A stretch of DNA of 64,000 bases from Candidatus Latescibacterota bacterium (GTDB lineage Bacteria; Latescibacterota; UBA2968): assembly GCA_965198115.1 (NCBI GenBank), contig OZ240241.1, forward strand, positions 2,848,001 to 2,912,000, read 5' to 3'. The position numbers and the translations under genes are program-made. Shown here piece after piece: positions 29,717-41,458 of the stretch. Position 1 is the stretch's first letter. Each line of letters starts with the position of its first letter. The notes beneath the pieces were generated by a model that saw nothing but the letters and a program-made list of their open reading frames with translations, searched no databases and had not been told where the DNA came from.

Positions 29717-31098
29717 TGTAAAGCCCGCGGTTGTCTGGACACTCGGGTGAGTGTATTCAGGCGGCCTTTCGAGTTGCCGTGAGTGCGTTTCTAGCCTGTT
29801 CGGGCGTCTTGTAGCCGTGACGTTCGATGATCCACCTGTGGTTGTATCTGTCCCGAAACTCAAGGAGTGCGAGGCGCAGGTCTTCGATGGTACTGAAGTG
29901 TCTAACCCACAGGAGGTTTTCTTTGAGGGTACGGATGAACCGCTCGGCGCATCCGTTGCCTTCTGGCTCACGCACGAAACTCGGCGATGTTTGGACGCCG
30001 AGGAATGCGATCTCGTTCTGGAAGTCGTCAGAGACGTATTGTGACCCGTGATCGTGTCGGAGCTCCAGTCCTTCGGCGATGTTTTCTTCGAAGCCCCCGA
30101 AGTGTTCACGGATGCCCTGTCGGATCGGCTCGAGAGCCTCAAAGCGGTTGGCCGTCTTGGAGGCGTGAATGCCCACACACTCGCACGTGCAGTGGTCGAT
30201 CGCGATAAACACGGAGGCTCTGCCCTCGTCGACCGTGGGCGTCACAGTCAGGTCGGTGCCCCACATCTGATCGGGCTTCTCGGTCGTAATCGTGCCATCG
30301 TGGGCTCGTCGTTCGCGACGCCGTCCTGGACGCGCCTGGAGCCCGTTTTCACGCATCAACCGGCGGACCCGATCCTTTGACGTCCGCATACCGTGAAAGC
30401 GAAGCCTGGCCCAGATCTTGCGGTATCCTTCGCCGTGGAAGGGTGACGCGTCGATCTCCTGCTGAATGAGGGAGACCAATTCCTCATCGGTACCCGCTCC
30501 GACCGGGCCTCGCTTCCGGGGTTGCCGAAGATCGGTTACGGATGAACGACGAAGCTGGCTGTGCACCGTGGAACGGGGTATCTGCAACACTTTGCACACG
30601 CGTTTAATGCTGTAGCGTCTCCCCGTGGAGGGCGAAAGGACCTCACTCATTTCCGCGACCTCCGATGCGCCAAAGGGCGGCGGGCTTCCAGACGATCGAT
30701 TCTTTGTTGCAGCAGCTCGTTGTCCATCGTGAGCTCGCCAATCTTCGCCTGGAGGTCCTTGACCCTCTCGTCACGCTCGTCGCTCGGACGAGAGCGTAGT
30801 GCGGCCTGGGCGCCAGAGTGGAACTGATCGCGCCACTCGCTCAATTTAGCTGCCGTTACTCCCAGATCGCGAGAGACGCTGTCGAGGCTCTCGCCACGCA
30901 TCACACGTAATACGGCTTCGGCCTTCTTCTTCACGGAGAAACGACCCTGCGAAGTCGCGCTTGGATCGGCTGGGCCTCCGCTCGCTCTCGCTCGCTCCGC
31001 CCCAACCGATCCCCTGGTAGCCTTGTTCATGGTGGACCCTCCTTTTCGACCTACTGTAGGTCAACGGAGTGTCCAAGAAAACCCCGGGGCGCTGGACC
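29717..31098 (-). mobile_element. Two-ORF IS3/IS481-like element copy 1 (orfA 30647..31030, orfB 29757..30650)
   Basis: HTH OrfA, rve/DDE OrfB (WGTD...HDHGSQY...NGCAERF); identical inverted copy at 48312-49693 apart from the terminal base. Confidence 0.9.
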
Positions 31099-31858
31099 CG
31101 TAAGAAAGGAGCCCACGATGGAGAAGCTATTTGCAGGGGATGGCGAAGTCAAGGTTGGGTCAGACGTTATGGATTTGGAGACGCGTTTATCGGTGATCCG
31201 GGCGCTGATTCCGCTGGGTCTGGAGGCCGTTGCCGACGTGCTCCAGCAGGAGGTGGAGCAGCTTGCAGGCGTTCGGTATGCGCGTAAGGGTTCAGAGCAG
31301 TCGCATCGTCGATGGGGAAGCCAGAAAGGGTCCGTATATCTGATGGACCAGAAGCTACCGGTGGCCGTTCCCCGTGTGCGCGACGTCGAGGCCGACGCAG
31401 AGGTTTCCCTGGCTGCACACCGGGCTCTACAGACGCCCAAGAAGACGGACGAGGGGCTGTTGCTTCGTGTTCTCAAGGGGATCTCGTGCCGCAACTACAA
31501 GGCCTGTGCCGAATCGGTTCCGGAAGCGTTTGGTATCTCAGCGTCCTCCGTCTCGCGGCGGTTCATCAAAGCCACCGCGAAGAAGCTGAAGCAGTTCCAG
31601 GAACGGCCCCTCGACGACTACGACTTCGTGACCCATGAATCAGTCTGCCGTAACGAGCCTCGAGGAAGGCCTGGAGGAAACCCTGACCCTCCACCGGCTG
31701 GGTATGCTCCCATTCCTGAAACGAAGCTTCCGAACCACCAACTGCATCGAAGCCCTCAACAGCATGACCGGCGAGCTCACTCGGAAGGTCAGACGCTGGA
31801 ACAACTCTCCCCAGAGACACAGATGGGTGGCTGCCGCACTCCTCGACATCGAACCTCG
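31099..31858 (+). mobile_element. Diverged IS256 type B remnant with internal deletion; its left end lies at 49694-49783
   Basis: Similar to the type B transposase; jumps from GTGACCC to ATGAATCAG at ~31635; no right TIR. Confidence 0.85.
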
Positions 31859-32119
31859 TGTTTCCTATGGTTCCCTGCGTTTCCTGTAGAATGCGAGCCC
31901 GGCGAGCCCGGGGATTAATGCCCCAGGGATTAATGCCAGGGCCGTCACGGTGAGAATCTTCCTGAACATCGCTTGTCTCCTCGAAGTTGTCAGGATACGT
32001 CCAGAGAGACCCGTAGGAGGGTCCAGTCGCTCCGCCACGAGCCTCAGTGGGCCAGACATGGGTAGCTTTCGTTACATGTATATATAGATTAATTAATTAA
32101 TCAACTATTTCTTGACTAA

Positions 32120-32292
32120 GTGCATGGTTTAATAAATATTATTACGTATGTCCTGAACATTATTTGTAGCTTATGTTCTCCTTCAAAAGGAGGAGAACAA
32201 TGCCAAGACGTTCGCCTTATGTGGTGCTACTGTCTGAGAAGGAACGGGTCGACCTCGAGCGAATGGCTGGACAATATACGTTACCGTATTAC
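32120..32292 (+). mobile_element. 5' fragment of an IS630-like element type B
   Basis: Nearly identical to 63831-64000; encodes MPRRSPYVVLLSEKERVDLER. Confidence 0.7.
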
Positions 32293-32775
32293 GACCGTGC
32301 GACCGTCTGGCGTTTTGACTGGTCTCATTTCCTTCACCCGCATCGAGATCGGATAGCGTCCAGCGTATTTGATGAAGTCCGTAAGGCGGATCAGTATCGA
32401 TCGTTCAGGCTGACTCACGGTGACGCCGGCGGCGGCGGCGAGCTGCAGTAACTCGTGGTCGCCAGCGTCTTTCACGCCGACGTAGATATCGTTCTTGACG
32501 AGCGCATGCGCTTTGGTAGGGTCCTCCCAAACTCGATGCCGCCTGATGTACATCCCCTTCAGTAGGCACTCCAAGGCTATTCCGAGGAGCATGGCTTCGA
32601 CGCGCGCCAGTGGGTCCATCGCGTTATCGAATGGTTGCACCTTGGCCTTCACCGCCATCGCTGCGGCCAGTAGGTCTTTCGCAGATACCTGCCAAGCGGC
32701 AGGATTCTCGCCCGCGTTGCCATACGCCCACTTCAGGAAGTCAACTATCGGAGGATTGCTCTCGTCCAATTCCAT
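32281..32775 (-). CDS. Hypothetical HEPN-like protein
   Basis: MLLGIALECLLKG...HELLQL...GRYP pattern resembles the HEPN fold; 3' end overlaps the IS fragment. Confidence 0.5.
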   Translation of the reverse strand: MELDESNPPIVDFLKWAYGNAGENPAAWQVSAKDLLAAAMAVKAKVQPFDNAMDPLARVEAMLLGIALECLLKGMYIRRHRVWEDPTKAHALVKNDIYVGVKDAGDHELLQLAAAAGVTVSQPERSILIRLTDFIKYAGRYPISMRVKEMRPVKTPDGRTVVIR

Positions 32776-33099
32776 TTCCTCTATACCTGCGCGTGCCGCC
32801 CCTTCACGGCGTGGCTTTTTGCAGGACTCTCAGGACTTGACCCGAGATATATTGGCAATGCGTCCACTATGATCCCCTCATCAGATCCCTCTTTCTGAAG
32901 GGGAATCCATTGGACCTTCGAAGACGTCGGTGGACCGATCTGCTGATAGCGGCGCTCCGACCGCTACGAGTAATGGACTAAGCATCCCCCCACGCTCGTA
33001 AGCCGCATCGAGGGTTCTCCAACGCTCGGAGCGCCACGCGTTGTCATAGCCGAGTTCCGACAGCAGCACCTTGATAACACCCCGAAGCAAGAACTCGCC

Positions 33100-35511
33100 G
33101 GTGAAGATGAAAGGGACATTCTGGCCTGCGAGACTTATCGGGGCACCTTTCACTACAACAAGCAGCGCTTTACGACGGACCCTGTCACGGGAATCAAGAA
33201 AAGACAACCCAAGCCTCGGTCTGAATGGGTCTCGTGCACCGTACCCAGAATCATCGAGGACGCTCTGTGGAAGAAGGCCCAGTCTGCCTCAAAGGATGGA
33301 CGCAAGTCTCAGGGCGTCCGCACCGACGCGACCGAATATCTGTTGGGCAAGCTCCTCCGTTGCGGAGTCTGTCACGAAGAAGGCCGAGATTACCGCGGTG
33401 AGGGACGCGTGATCTATGGCCAACGGTCGAACCTGATCGACGGACGCCTCTACTGCAACGCCAAATACAATCAGTTCGGTAAGAGGTGCAGCGCGCCCAG
33501 CCAAAAAATCTCCGATGTGAACACGCGAGTTTGTAGACAGGTTCATCGGATGTTAATGAAGCCCGTGAAAATCTTGCAGATCTGGCAGTCACAGTTCGAT
33601 TCGGGTGACGCAGAGGCGATGGCACAGCGACTCGAAAAGCTACGAAAGAAGAGGGACGGTCTTACCGGACAGCTTGAGAGGGCAGACGATGCGTATGTGT
33701 CCGGGCCGCTGACGGGTACCCGGTATCAGAAGCAAGTGGACAGGATCCAAGCAGAAGGCGTGCACCTGGATCAAGAGATTCATCAGATAACTGCCAAGCT
33801 GGATGCGCGCGAGGGGGCCGACGCACTTAAGGATAGTCTCGCCCACGCGCTGACGTTTGCGGGCGATGGCATCCTCTCGCTAGTCGATGTCGACGATACG
33901 GTTCCATCTTTTCTCGTAAGGTGTTGTGCCTATCGTAGTTGAAACTTAGAGGGCTCCAAACTTACGTTGGGTAGACGTGTAGGAGCGTATACCCGTAAGA
34001 AAGGAGCCCAGATGGAGAAGCTATTTGTAGGCGATGGTGAAGTCAAGGTTGAGGGCGATGTCATCGATTTGGAGACGCGTTTGTCGGTGATCCAGGCGTT
34101 GATCCCGTTGGGTCTGGAGGCAGTGGCAGACCTCCTCCAGCAGGAGGTCGAGCAGCTCGCAGGCGTTCGGTATGCGCGCAAAGGTTCGGAGCAGGCGCAT
34201 CGTCGGTGGGGAAGCCAGAAGGGATCCGTGTATCTGATGGACCAGAAGCTCCCGTTAGACGTTCCCCGGGTGCGCGACGTCGAGGCCGACGCAGAGGTTT
34301 CCCTGGCTGCATACCGGGCTCTACAGACGCCCAAGAAGACGGACGAGGGGCTGTTGCTTCGTGTTCTCAAGGGGATCTCGTGCCGCAACTACAAGGCCTG
34401 TGCCGAATCGGTTCCAGAAGCGTTTGGTATCTCAGCGTCCTCCGTCTCGCGGCGGTTCATCAAAGCCACCGCGAAGAAGCTGAAGCAGTTCCAGGAGCGT
34501 CCCCTCGACGACTACGGCTTCGTGACCCTGTTCATTGACGGAAAGAGCTTTGCCGACGAAGAGATCGTGATCGCTCCGGGGGTCACGATGGACGGCCAGA
34601 AGATCCCCCTGGGCTTCGTCGAATCGGCGACGGAGAACGAACGGATCTGCCGCCAGCTGATCCAGGACCTCATCCGGAGAGGCCTGTGCTACGACCAGGG
34701 CCTTCTCGTTGTGCTTGACGGCTCAAAGGGACTCCGCAGTGCTGTCACCAAAGCCCTCAAAGGGTATGTGCGCGTGCATCGCTGTCAGTGGCACAAGCGC
34801 GAGAATGTCGTCAGCTATCTCCCGGAGAGGGAACGTCCAAGAGTTCGACGGAAGCTCCAGAAAGCCTATGACTGCGACACCTACGAGGAGGCAAAGGCCG
34901 CACTCGAATCACTTAAACCCGAACTGAAGCTGATGAATCAGTCTGCCGTAACGAGCCTCGAGGAAGGCCTGGAGGAAACCCTGACCCTCCACCGGCTGGG
35001 TATGCTCCCATTCCTGAAACGAAGCTTCCGAACCACCAACTGCATCGAAGCCCTCAACAGCAGGACCGGCGAGCTCACTCGGAAGGTCAGACGCTGGAAC
35101 AACTCTCCCCAGAGACACAGATGGGTGGCTGCCGCACTCCTCGACATCGAACCTCGCCTGCGACGCGTGAGCGGATACAAACATCTTCCCCTACTCAGGC
35201 AAGCACTGAACAAAAATCTGAATCTCGACAACGAACAGAATGCTCAAAAGAGAGCCTGACCAAACTACGGGGCCCGATGAGTTTTCAACTGACTATGGGA
35301 CTTGACCTCTCTCGTAAAGAATAGAAGCTACTCAGATCTTCAGCTGAAGCAGTTTCGAATGCGCAAGGCCATCATCCACGCCTGTGTCGAGCGAATTCAT
35401 CTACATCCAGGGGGCGAGATGGTTTTGGATTACCGGGTGAATCCCCGTAAACTCTCGGCAGGTTTTCGGTCTGTCGACAGTCTTAAACATCAAAGTTGTA
35501 CTAAGACGCTA
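33100..35511 (+). pseudogene. Large serine recombinase C-terminal fragment, interrupted by IS256-B
   Basis: ILACETYRGTFHYNK...EWVSCTVPRIIEDALWKKAQ...YLLGKLLRCGVC (recombinase domain plus Zn ribbon), coiled coil; resumes after 35307 (RKAIIHACVERIHL). Confidence 0.75.
33920..35307 (+). mobile_element. IS256-family type B copy 2 (intact transposase 33967..35259)
   Basis: DDE (IDG, LDG, HRCQWHK); TIRs; flanks share TCTCGTAA (imperfect TSD). Confidence 0.95.
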
Positions 35512-36677
35512 GTGTCACGTCCCGCGTATAAGCTTCAAAAGTTTATGGACTTTCTCGAGGATTGAATCTGCCGTGGCGGTCCAGACGAAGGGTGTAGAAT
35601 TCTCGTTGTAGTGATCAGTGAATTTCTTGATGCAGGCGATCAGGTCCTTGACGCTTCTGAAGGTGCCTCGTCGAATGGCTCTTTGGGTGATGATACCGAA
35701 CCAGATCTCTACCTGGTTCAGCCAGGAGGCATATGTTGGTGTGTAGTGCACGTGATATCGTTTCCGTGAGGCGAGCCAACGCTTGACGTTCGGGTGCTTG
35801 TGCGTGCCGTAATTATCGACGACCAGATGGATGTCGAGATCCTTTGGGACGTTCTTGTCGATGTGCTTGAGGAACTGAAGGAACTCTTTGTTGCGGTGTC
35901 TGGGCTTGCACTGAGTCAGAACTTTGCCGGATGCGATGTTGAGCGCTGCAAAGAGGGTGGTCGTGCCGTTCCGGATATAGCTGTGAGTGACGCCCTCGAC
36001 GTATCCGAGACCCAAAGGAAGAATCGGTTGTGTCCGTTCGAGTGCTTGAATCTGGCTCTTCTCGTCTACACAGAGCACCATCGCGTTGTCCGGTGGGTTC
36101 AGGTATAGACCGACGATATCCCTGACTTTCTCGACGAAGAAGGGATCGTTCGACAGTTTGAAGTGCTTCTGTCGATGCGGTTGCAGTCCAAAAGCTTTCC
36201 ATACACGTTGAACCGAGGACTTGGAGAGCCCCGTCTCGTCGGCCATCGAACGACAGGTCCAGTGGGTGGCACCCTTCGGTTGCTTCTTGAGCGTCTTGTA
36301 GATGAGGGAGGAGATCTCTTCGTCGCTGACCGACCGTGGCCCTCCAGGACGCAATTCGTCATACAGTCCCATCAAGCCTTGCTCGCAGAAGCGACGACGC
36401 CACTTGCCGACAGACGCTCCGGACAACCCGACTCGTTCCGCGATCTCCTGATTGGTCAGACCGCAATCGCTCATCAAGACGATCTTCGCGCGACGCACCA
36501 AAGCGTGAGACATGCTACGCGAACGAGACAATGACTCGAGTTGATCGTGGACCTCATCACTGATGTTCAGTGGCTGTAACGGACGACCTCTAGCCATCGG
36601 TTCCTCCCAAGAATGAGTGCTTGAGGAACCATACGACAGAATCGAATATTTTTCTAGTTATTCCTGGGACGTGACAC
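35512..36677 (-). mobile_element. IS630-family element type A copy 1 (transposase 35515..36597)
   Basis: CVDEKS, VVDNYGTH, SWLNQVE; TIR GTGTCACGTCCC; TA duplication at CTAG. Confidence 0.95.
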
Positions 36678-36756
36678 TAGTTAGAAGTTTAAAGGGGGTT
36701 GAAGCGGAGATAAGTGTTCGGGTAGACACCCGAACAATAACCTGATGTTCTTTCGC

Positions 36757-37009
36757 CATTTATAATTACTCCTAAGTAAACTTTATTTCACCAGTTCCGT
36801 AGGCTTGGTGGTAGGAAGTTCGATTGTTTCGGACGATACGCAAAGCCCTGGGCAAGCCAGGTTATCAGGACGGGAAGGCGCCGTCCGTTTCCAACCGCTT
36901 TGAGCGGTTCACAAGTTTTCAAGCCTCCGGCTTTGCCGGAGGTCATGACTCTCCCGCAGATCGTTCTCACGAAACACCACGTAAACTTTGGGCATTTATA
37001 ATTACTCCT
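36757..37009 (-). repeat. 17-bp direct repeat encoding RBS plus ATG (36757-36773 and 36993-37009)
   Basis: Minus strand AGGAGTAATTATAAATG occurs twice. Confidence 0.8.
36893..36949 (+). mobile_element. IS200/IS605-type end hairpins (orphan remnant)
   Basis: AACCGCTTTGAGCGGTT plus AAGCCTCCGGCTTTGCCGGAGG-TCATGAC; no tnpA nearby. Confidence 0.55.
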
Positions 37010-37031
37010 TTAACCGTTTACGATTCAGGAG

Positions 37032-38405
37032 GAGCTCAGGTCAATAGGTGTGTAAAAGAAATCAGGCGGCCATCTTCCCGGCTTCGACCTGCGGTTCGGT
37101 TGAGTGTTTCTGATCGTAGACTTGTTGTAGCAAGTGTGGCGCGGTGAGTTTCCTGAATCGGCTCTCTGCGACCTTGAGCGTACGCCAGATGAGAGCCGTG
37201 GCGTTCCTGACTTTCTTGAATCGCCTGGCGGCGTTTGTGCGAAGCCGAACGGAAGCAAAGGGGCTCTCGACGACGTTCGTGGTTCTCAGGTGTTTCCAGT
37301 GTTCCTTCGGGAAGTCGTAGAACGTGACCATCCGATCCCAGTCTCTTTCGAGCGTCTCCACGGCGGCAGGGAACTGTGAGCGATACCGTGCGGCAAAGCG
37401 TTTCCGGAGCTTCTCGGCCTCCTTTTTCGTGCCGGCATAGGGGATCTGGACGAGCAGTGCGCGGGCTTCAGCCTGTGCACGCTTGGCGACCTTGTCGAGC
37501 ACGTTGAGGATCTTGTGGTTCCAGCACCGTTGTTGCCGGCTCTCTGGCCAGACCTGATCAACGGCCGCCCAGATGCCCATATTCCCGTCCGCGGCGATCA
37601 GGACAGGATGTTCGAGCCCGCGATCCCGGAGATCCCGGAGCACCGTGAGCCAGGATTCTGTAGACTCTCGATAACCGGGTTCTATCGCCAGGATCTCCTT
37701 GCTGCCGTCGCTCATCGCGCCGATCACGACCAGCAGACACGCCTTCTCGCGCTCGAGCCCGGCTTTGACGTAGATGCCATCAGCCCAGGCGTAGACCAGT
37801 TCGCGATTATCCAGACGCCTTTCTTTCCAGTCCTGGAAGTCGACCTCCCACTTCCCTCGAAGACGAGCGATCGAGGTCGGCGAAAGCGGCGCGCCATCAC
37901 CGAGCAGCGCACGCAAAGACAACTCGAAGTCGCCCTGGGAGAGACCGTGGAGATAAAGGTCGGGAAGCAGATCTCCAATGGCCCTGGTTCTCCGGGCGAA
38001 CAGGGGGAGGATGCGGCTTTCAAACCGCTCTTCCAGACCACGAATCCGGGGACGCCGGACCTTGATCGTTCCGCAGCTCGTCGAGAGACGCCGGGGCTTG
38101 CCGTAGCCGTTCCTGTAGCCCCTGGAGCTATCGACCTCGGCTCGGCGCTCATACCACGACCGGCCCAAGAACGCGGTCGCCTCCTCCTCCAGAATGGACT
38201 GGAACCGGCCCTGGATCTCTTCACGGATCCAATCGTCAACCGTCTCCCACGTCGGCATGGACTTCAATGGGGCTCTATGCGTATGTTCCTTCACGGCGAT
38301 CCTCCTTCCCAACCGGGCCTCTCACCCGGTTTTGTGTGAATCAACTATCTCACGGGAAGGGTAGGGTCGCCCTTTCTCTTTTTCCACACCTTTTGATTAT
38401 AGTTC
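37032..38405 (-). mobile_element. IS256-family type A copy 3 (transposase 37062..38312), no TSD
   Basis: Near-identical to copies 1 and 2; flanks differ. Confidence 0.95.
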
Positions 38406-38413
38406 CAAGCAGA

Positions 38414-39801
38414 GGTCAAGTCCCATAGTCAGTTGAAAACTCATCGGGCCCCGTAGTTTGGTCAGGCTCTCTTTTGAGCATTCTGTTCGTTGTCGAGATT
38501 CAGATTTTTGTTCAGTGCTTGCCTGAGTAGGGGAAGATGTTTGTATCCGCTCACGCGTCGCAGGCGAGGTTCGATGTCGAGGAGTGCGGCAGCCACCCAT
38601 CTGTGTCTCTGGGGAGAGTTGTTCCAGCGTCTGACCTTCCGAGTGAGCTCGCCGGTCCTGCTGTTGAGGGCTTCGATGCAGTTGGTGGTTCGGAAGCTTC
38701 GTTTCAGGAATGGGAGCATACCCAGCCGGTGGAGGGTCAGGGTTTCCTCCAGGCCTTCCTCGAGGCTCGTTACGGCAGACTGATTCATCAGCTTCAGTTC
38801 GGGTTTAAGTGATTCGAGTGCGGCCTTTGCCTCCTCGTAGGTGTCGCAGTCATAGGCTTTCTGGAGCTTCCGTCGAACTCTTGGACGTTCCCTCTCCGGG
38901 AGATAGCTGACGACATTCTCGCGCTTGTGCCACTGACAGCGATGCACGCGCACATACCCTTTGAGGGCTTTGGTGACAGCACTGCGGAGTCCCTTTGAGC
39001 CGTCAAGCACAACGAGAAGGCCCTGGTCGTAGCACAGGCCTCTCCGGATGAGGTCCTGGATCAGCTGGCGGCAGATCCGTTCGTTCTCCGTCGCCGATTC
39101 GACGAAGCCCAGGGGGATCTTCTGGCCGTCCATCGTGACCCCCAGAGCGATCACGATCTCTTCGTCGGCAAAGCTCTTTCCGTCAATGAACAGGGTCACG
39201 AAGCCGTAGTCGTCGAGGGGACGCTCCTGGAACTGCTTCCGCTTCTTCGCGGTGGCTTTGATGAACCGCCGCGAGACGGAGGACGCTGAGATACCAAACG
39301 CTTCTGGAACCGATTCGGCACAGGCCTTGTAGTTGCGGCACGAGATCCCCTTGAGAACACGAAGCAACAGCCCCTCGTCCGTCTTCTTGGGCGTCTGTAG
39401 AGCCCGGTATGCAGCCAGGGAAACCTCTGCGTCGGCCTCGACGTCGCGCACCCGGGGAACGTCTAACGGGAGCTTCTGGTCCATCAGATACACGGATCCC
39501 TTCTGGCTTCCCCACCGACGATGCGCCTGCTCCGAACCTTTGCGCGCATACCGAACGCCTGCGAGCTGCTCGACCTCCTGCTGGAGGAGGTCTGCCACTG
39601 CCTCCAGACCCAACGGGATCAACGCCTGGATCACCGACAAACGCGTCTCCAAATCGATGACATCGCCCTCAACCTTGACTTCACCATCGCCTACAAATAG
39701 CTTCTCCATCTGGGCTCCTTTCTTACGGGTATACGCTCCTACACGTCTACCCAACGTAAGTTTGGAGCCCTCTAAGTTTCAACTACGATAGGCACAACAC
39801 C
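38414..39801 (-). mobile_element. IS256-family type B copy 3 (transposase 38462..39754)
   Basis: 8-bp TSD CAAGCAGA. Confidence 0.95.
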
Positions 39802-39825
39802 CAAGCAGATTCGGGCGCCCTTTAG

Positions 39826-41454
39826 CCTGAATCATGCATGAATTTGAGTTTAGGTTGTTTTGGAGTGATGTGATCACGCACAGGATTTGTTCTCGGCTTC
39901 TTCGGATGTCCAAGGTCCCGTAAGCGGTCTCTACGAGTCGCAAGAGTCACGATTTTCGTCCGGAACAGGTGTTGTTTTGCGACGTGTACATAGCTGTCCC
40001 CGGTATAGATCGGCGTTGTTACTGCGTGTTCGTTTCGAGCCTGGTGATGATTGACACCAAGACGTTTTTGAGTGGATACGATGTTGGAAAATGGAATCGG
40101 ATTCTTCGTGCGCTTTCAATGACTCTCGCGCCGATTTTGAGGAAACGGTTCTGTATCGTGTTGACCTGAGGTTTGGTCCACGCGGTGCCCTTGAGTCCCT
40201 GTGATCGGAGTGCGTGAAGCAAGGCGTATGCAGCACTGTGTAGAAAGAGTCGGAACTGGTTGGCTTCAAACTTGTGGCACGATGTTCGATCGGAGTGAAG
40301 GAATGTTTTGTGGTCCTTGATGAAGCCTTCCGTGCGTCCCCTTGCGCAGTAGATACGATCATAGATAAAGCCGTCTCGATTACTCTGTAAATTGGTCACG
40401 CGGTATCTTGGATTTGCTTCGCCGTTTGTGACTTCAGCCTTGTGAATGATCCGGCGAGGCTGCCGGTAGGTGCCAGCCTGATATGAGAAGGATGAGAACA
40501 AGCGAATCGTCTCCTTATGCTCGCTCAGACGTAGCGCTTGGTCCATCAGGTTTTGTCCAGCCGCTTTGAGCTTGGAGTTGGCGCCCTGGCCCAGAACGTA
40601 GTAGATACCGTTGTCTTCGCAGAAATCGTGCATCTCTGGTGAGCTGAACTTTGAGTCTGCGCGAACGATGATCTCCACGTTTGGCCAAGATCCGCGTAGG
40701 TGTTCCACCAAGCGCTTGAGAATAGAAACGACCTGTTTACCGTTCGTCGGATGCCCGGGTCTCAAGATCGTCGTAATGAGCTTGCCGCTTTGGCCTTCAT
40801 AGATATGTAGCGGCATATAGCAGTGTTCATTGTAATACGCGTTGAAGAGTGAAAATTGTTGCGCACCGTGCGTTGGGTCATCCGTGTCGTCGATATCGAG
40901 AATGATGCTTGGGGGTGCCTGGTCATACGATGCGATGAACCCGTCTACAAAAGCCCGTGCGAGCCGATACAAATCCGAGCGTCGCACATCATTCTCAAGT
41001 CGTGTCATCGTTGATTGGCTCCCGAGATCAGGACCGGAAAGAGGAAGCCGATCGCAGGCAGCCTTGACGCCCGGATCGTGGCGCAAATCATCACAATCGA
41101 CGGCATCTTCATAGCCGCAAGCGATCTGAAAAACACGCTGCTTCACAAGATCCAAAAGCGTGTGATCGATATAGCTTGGGTGACGACGATCTCGCAAAGC
41201 ATCTACCATTCTGGCGATCAATCCCATCTGAGACTCAAGGGCGCGAAGCAACAGAACTCCACCGTCACTCCTGACGGCGCCACCGGCAAAATCAGCCTCA
41301 ACTACCTTGCCCGAAATGCTTGCGAATGGTAACCGGATCTGACTAGGTTCTATCACGGTAGTTCCTTCCAAGTGTTGTTTTGATGTGTCAGCCCTAATGT
41401 AGGGAAAAACAAACACTTGTACAAGGAGACTACCTTTTTTATGCATAATTCAGG
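39826..41454 (-). mobile_element. IS1380-family element (transposase within 40019..41446)
   Basis: SDGGVLLL, ILDIDDTDDPTHGAQQ, VRADS motifs; TIR CCTGAATCATGCAT / CCTGAATTATGCAT; flanks TTAG / CTAG. Confidence 0.9.
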
Positions 41455-41458
41455 CTAG

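Noticed and set aside
29087-30178. 363-aa ORF as a genuine fusion protein
   Set aside because: Chance read-through from an alternative IS frame into the orphan Gfo 3' half.
31905-31945. GGGATTAATGCC duplication as a regulatory repeat
   Set aside because: Only two units within a short hydrophobic ORF (ALIPG twice); no further support.
33920-39801. Composite transposon or inversion between IS256-B copies 2 and 3
   Set aside because: Flanking duplications are local to each copy and are not swapped.
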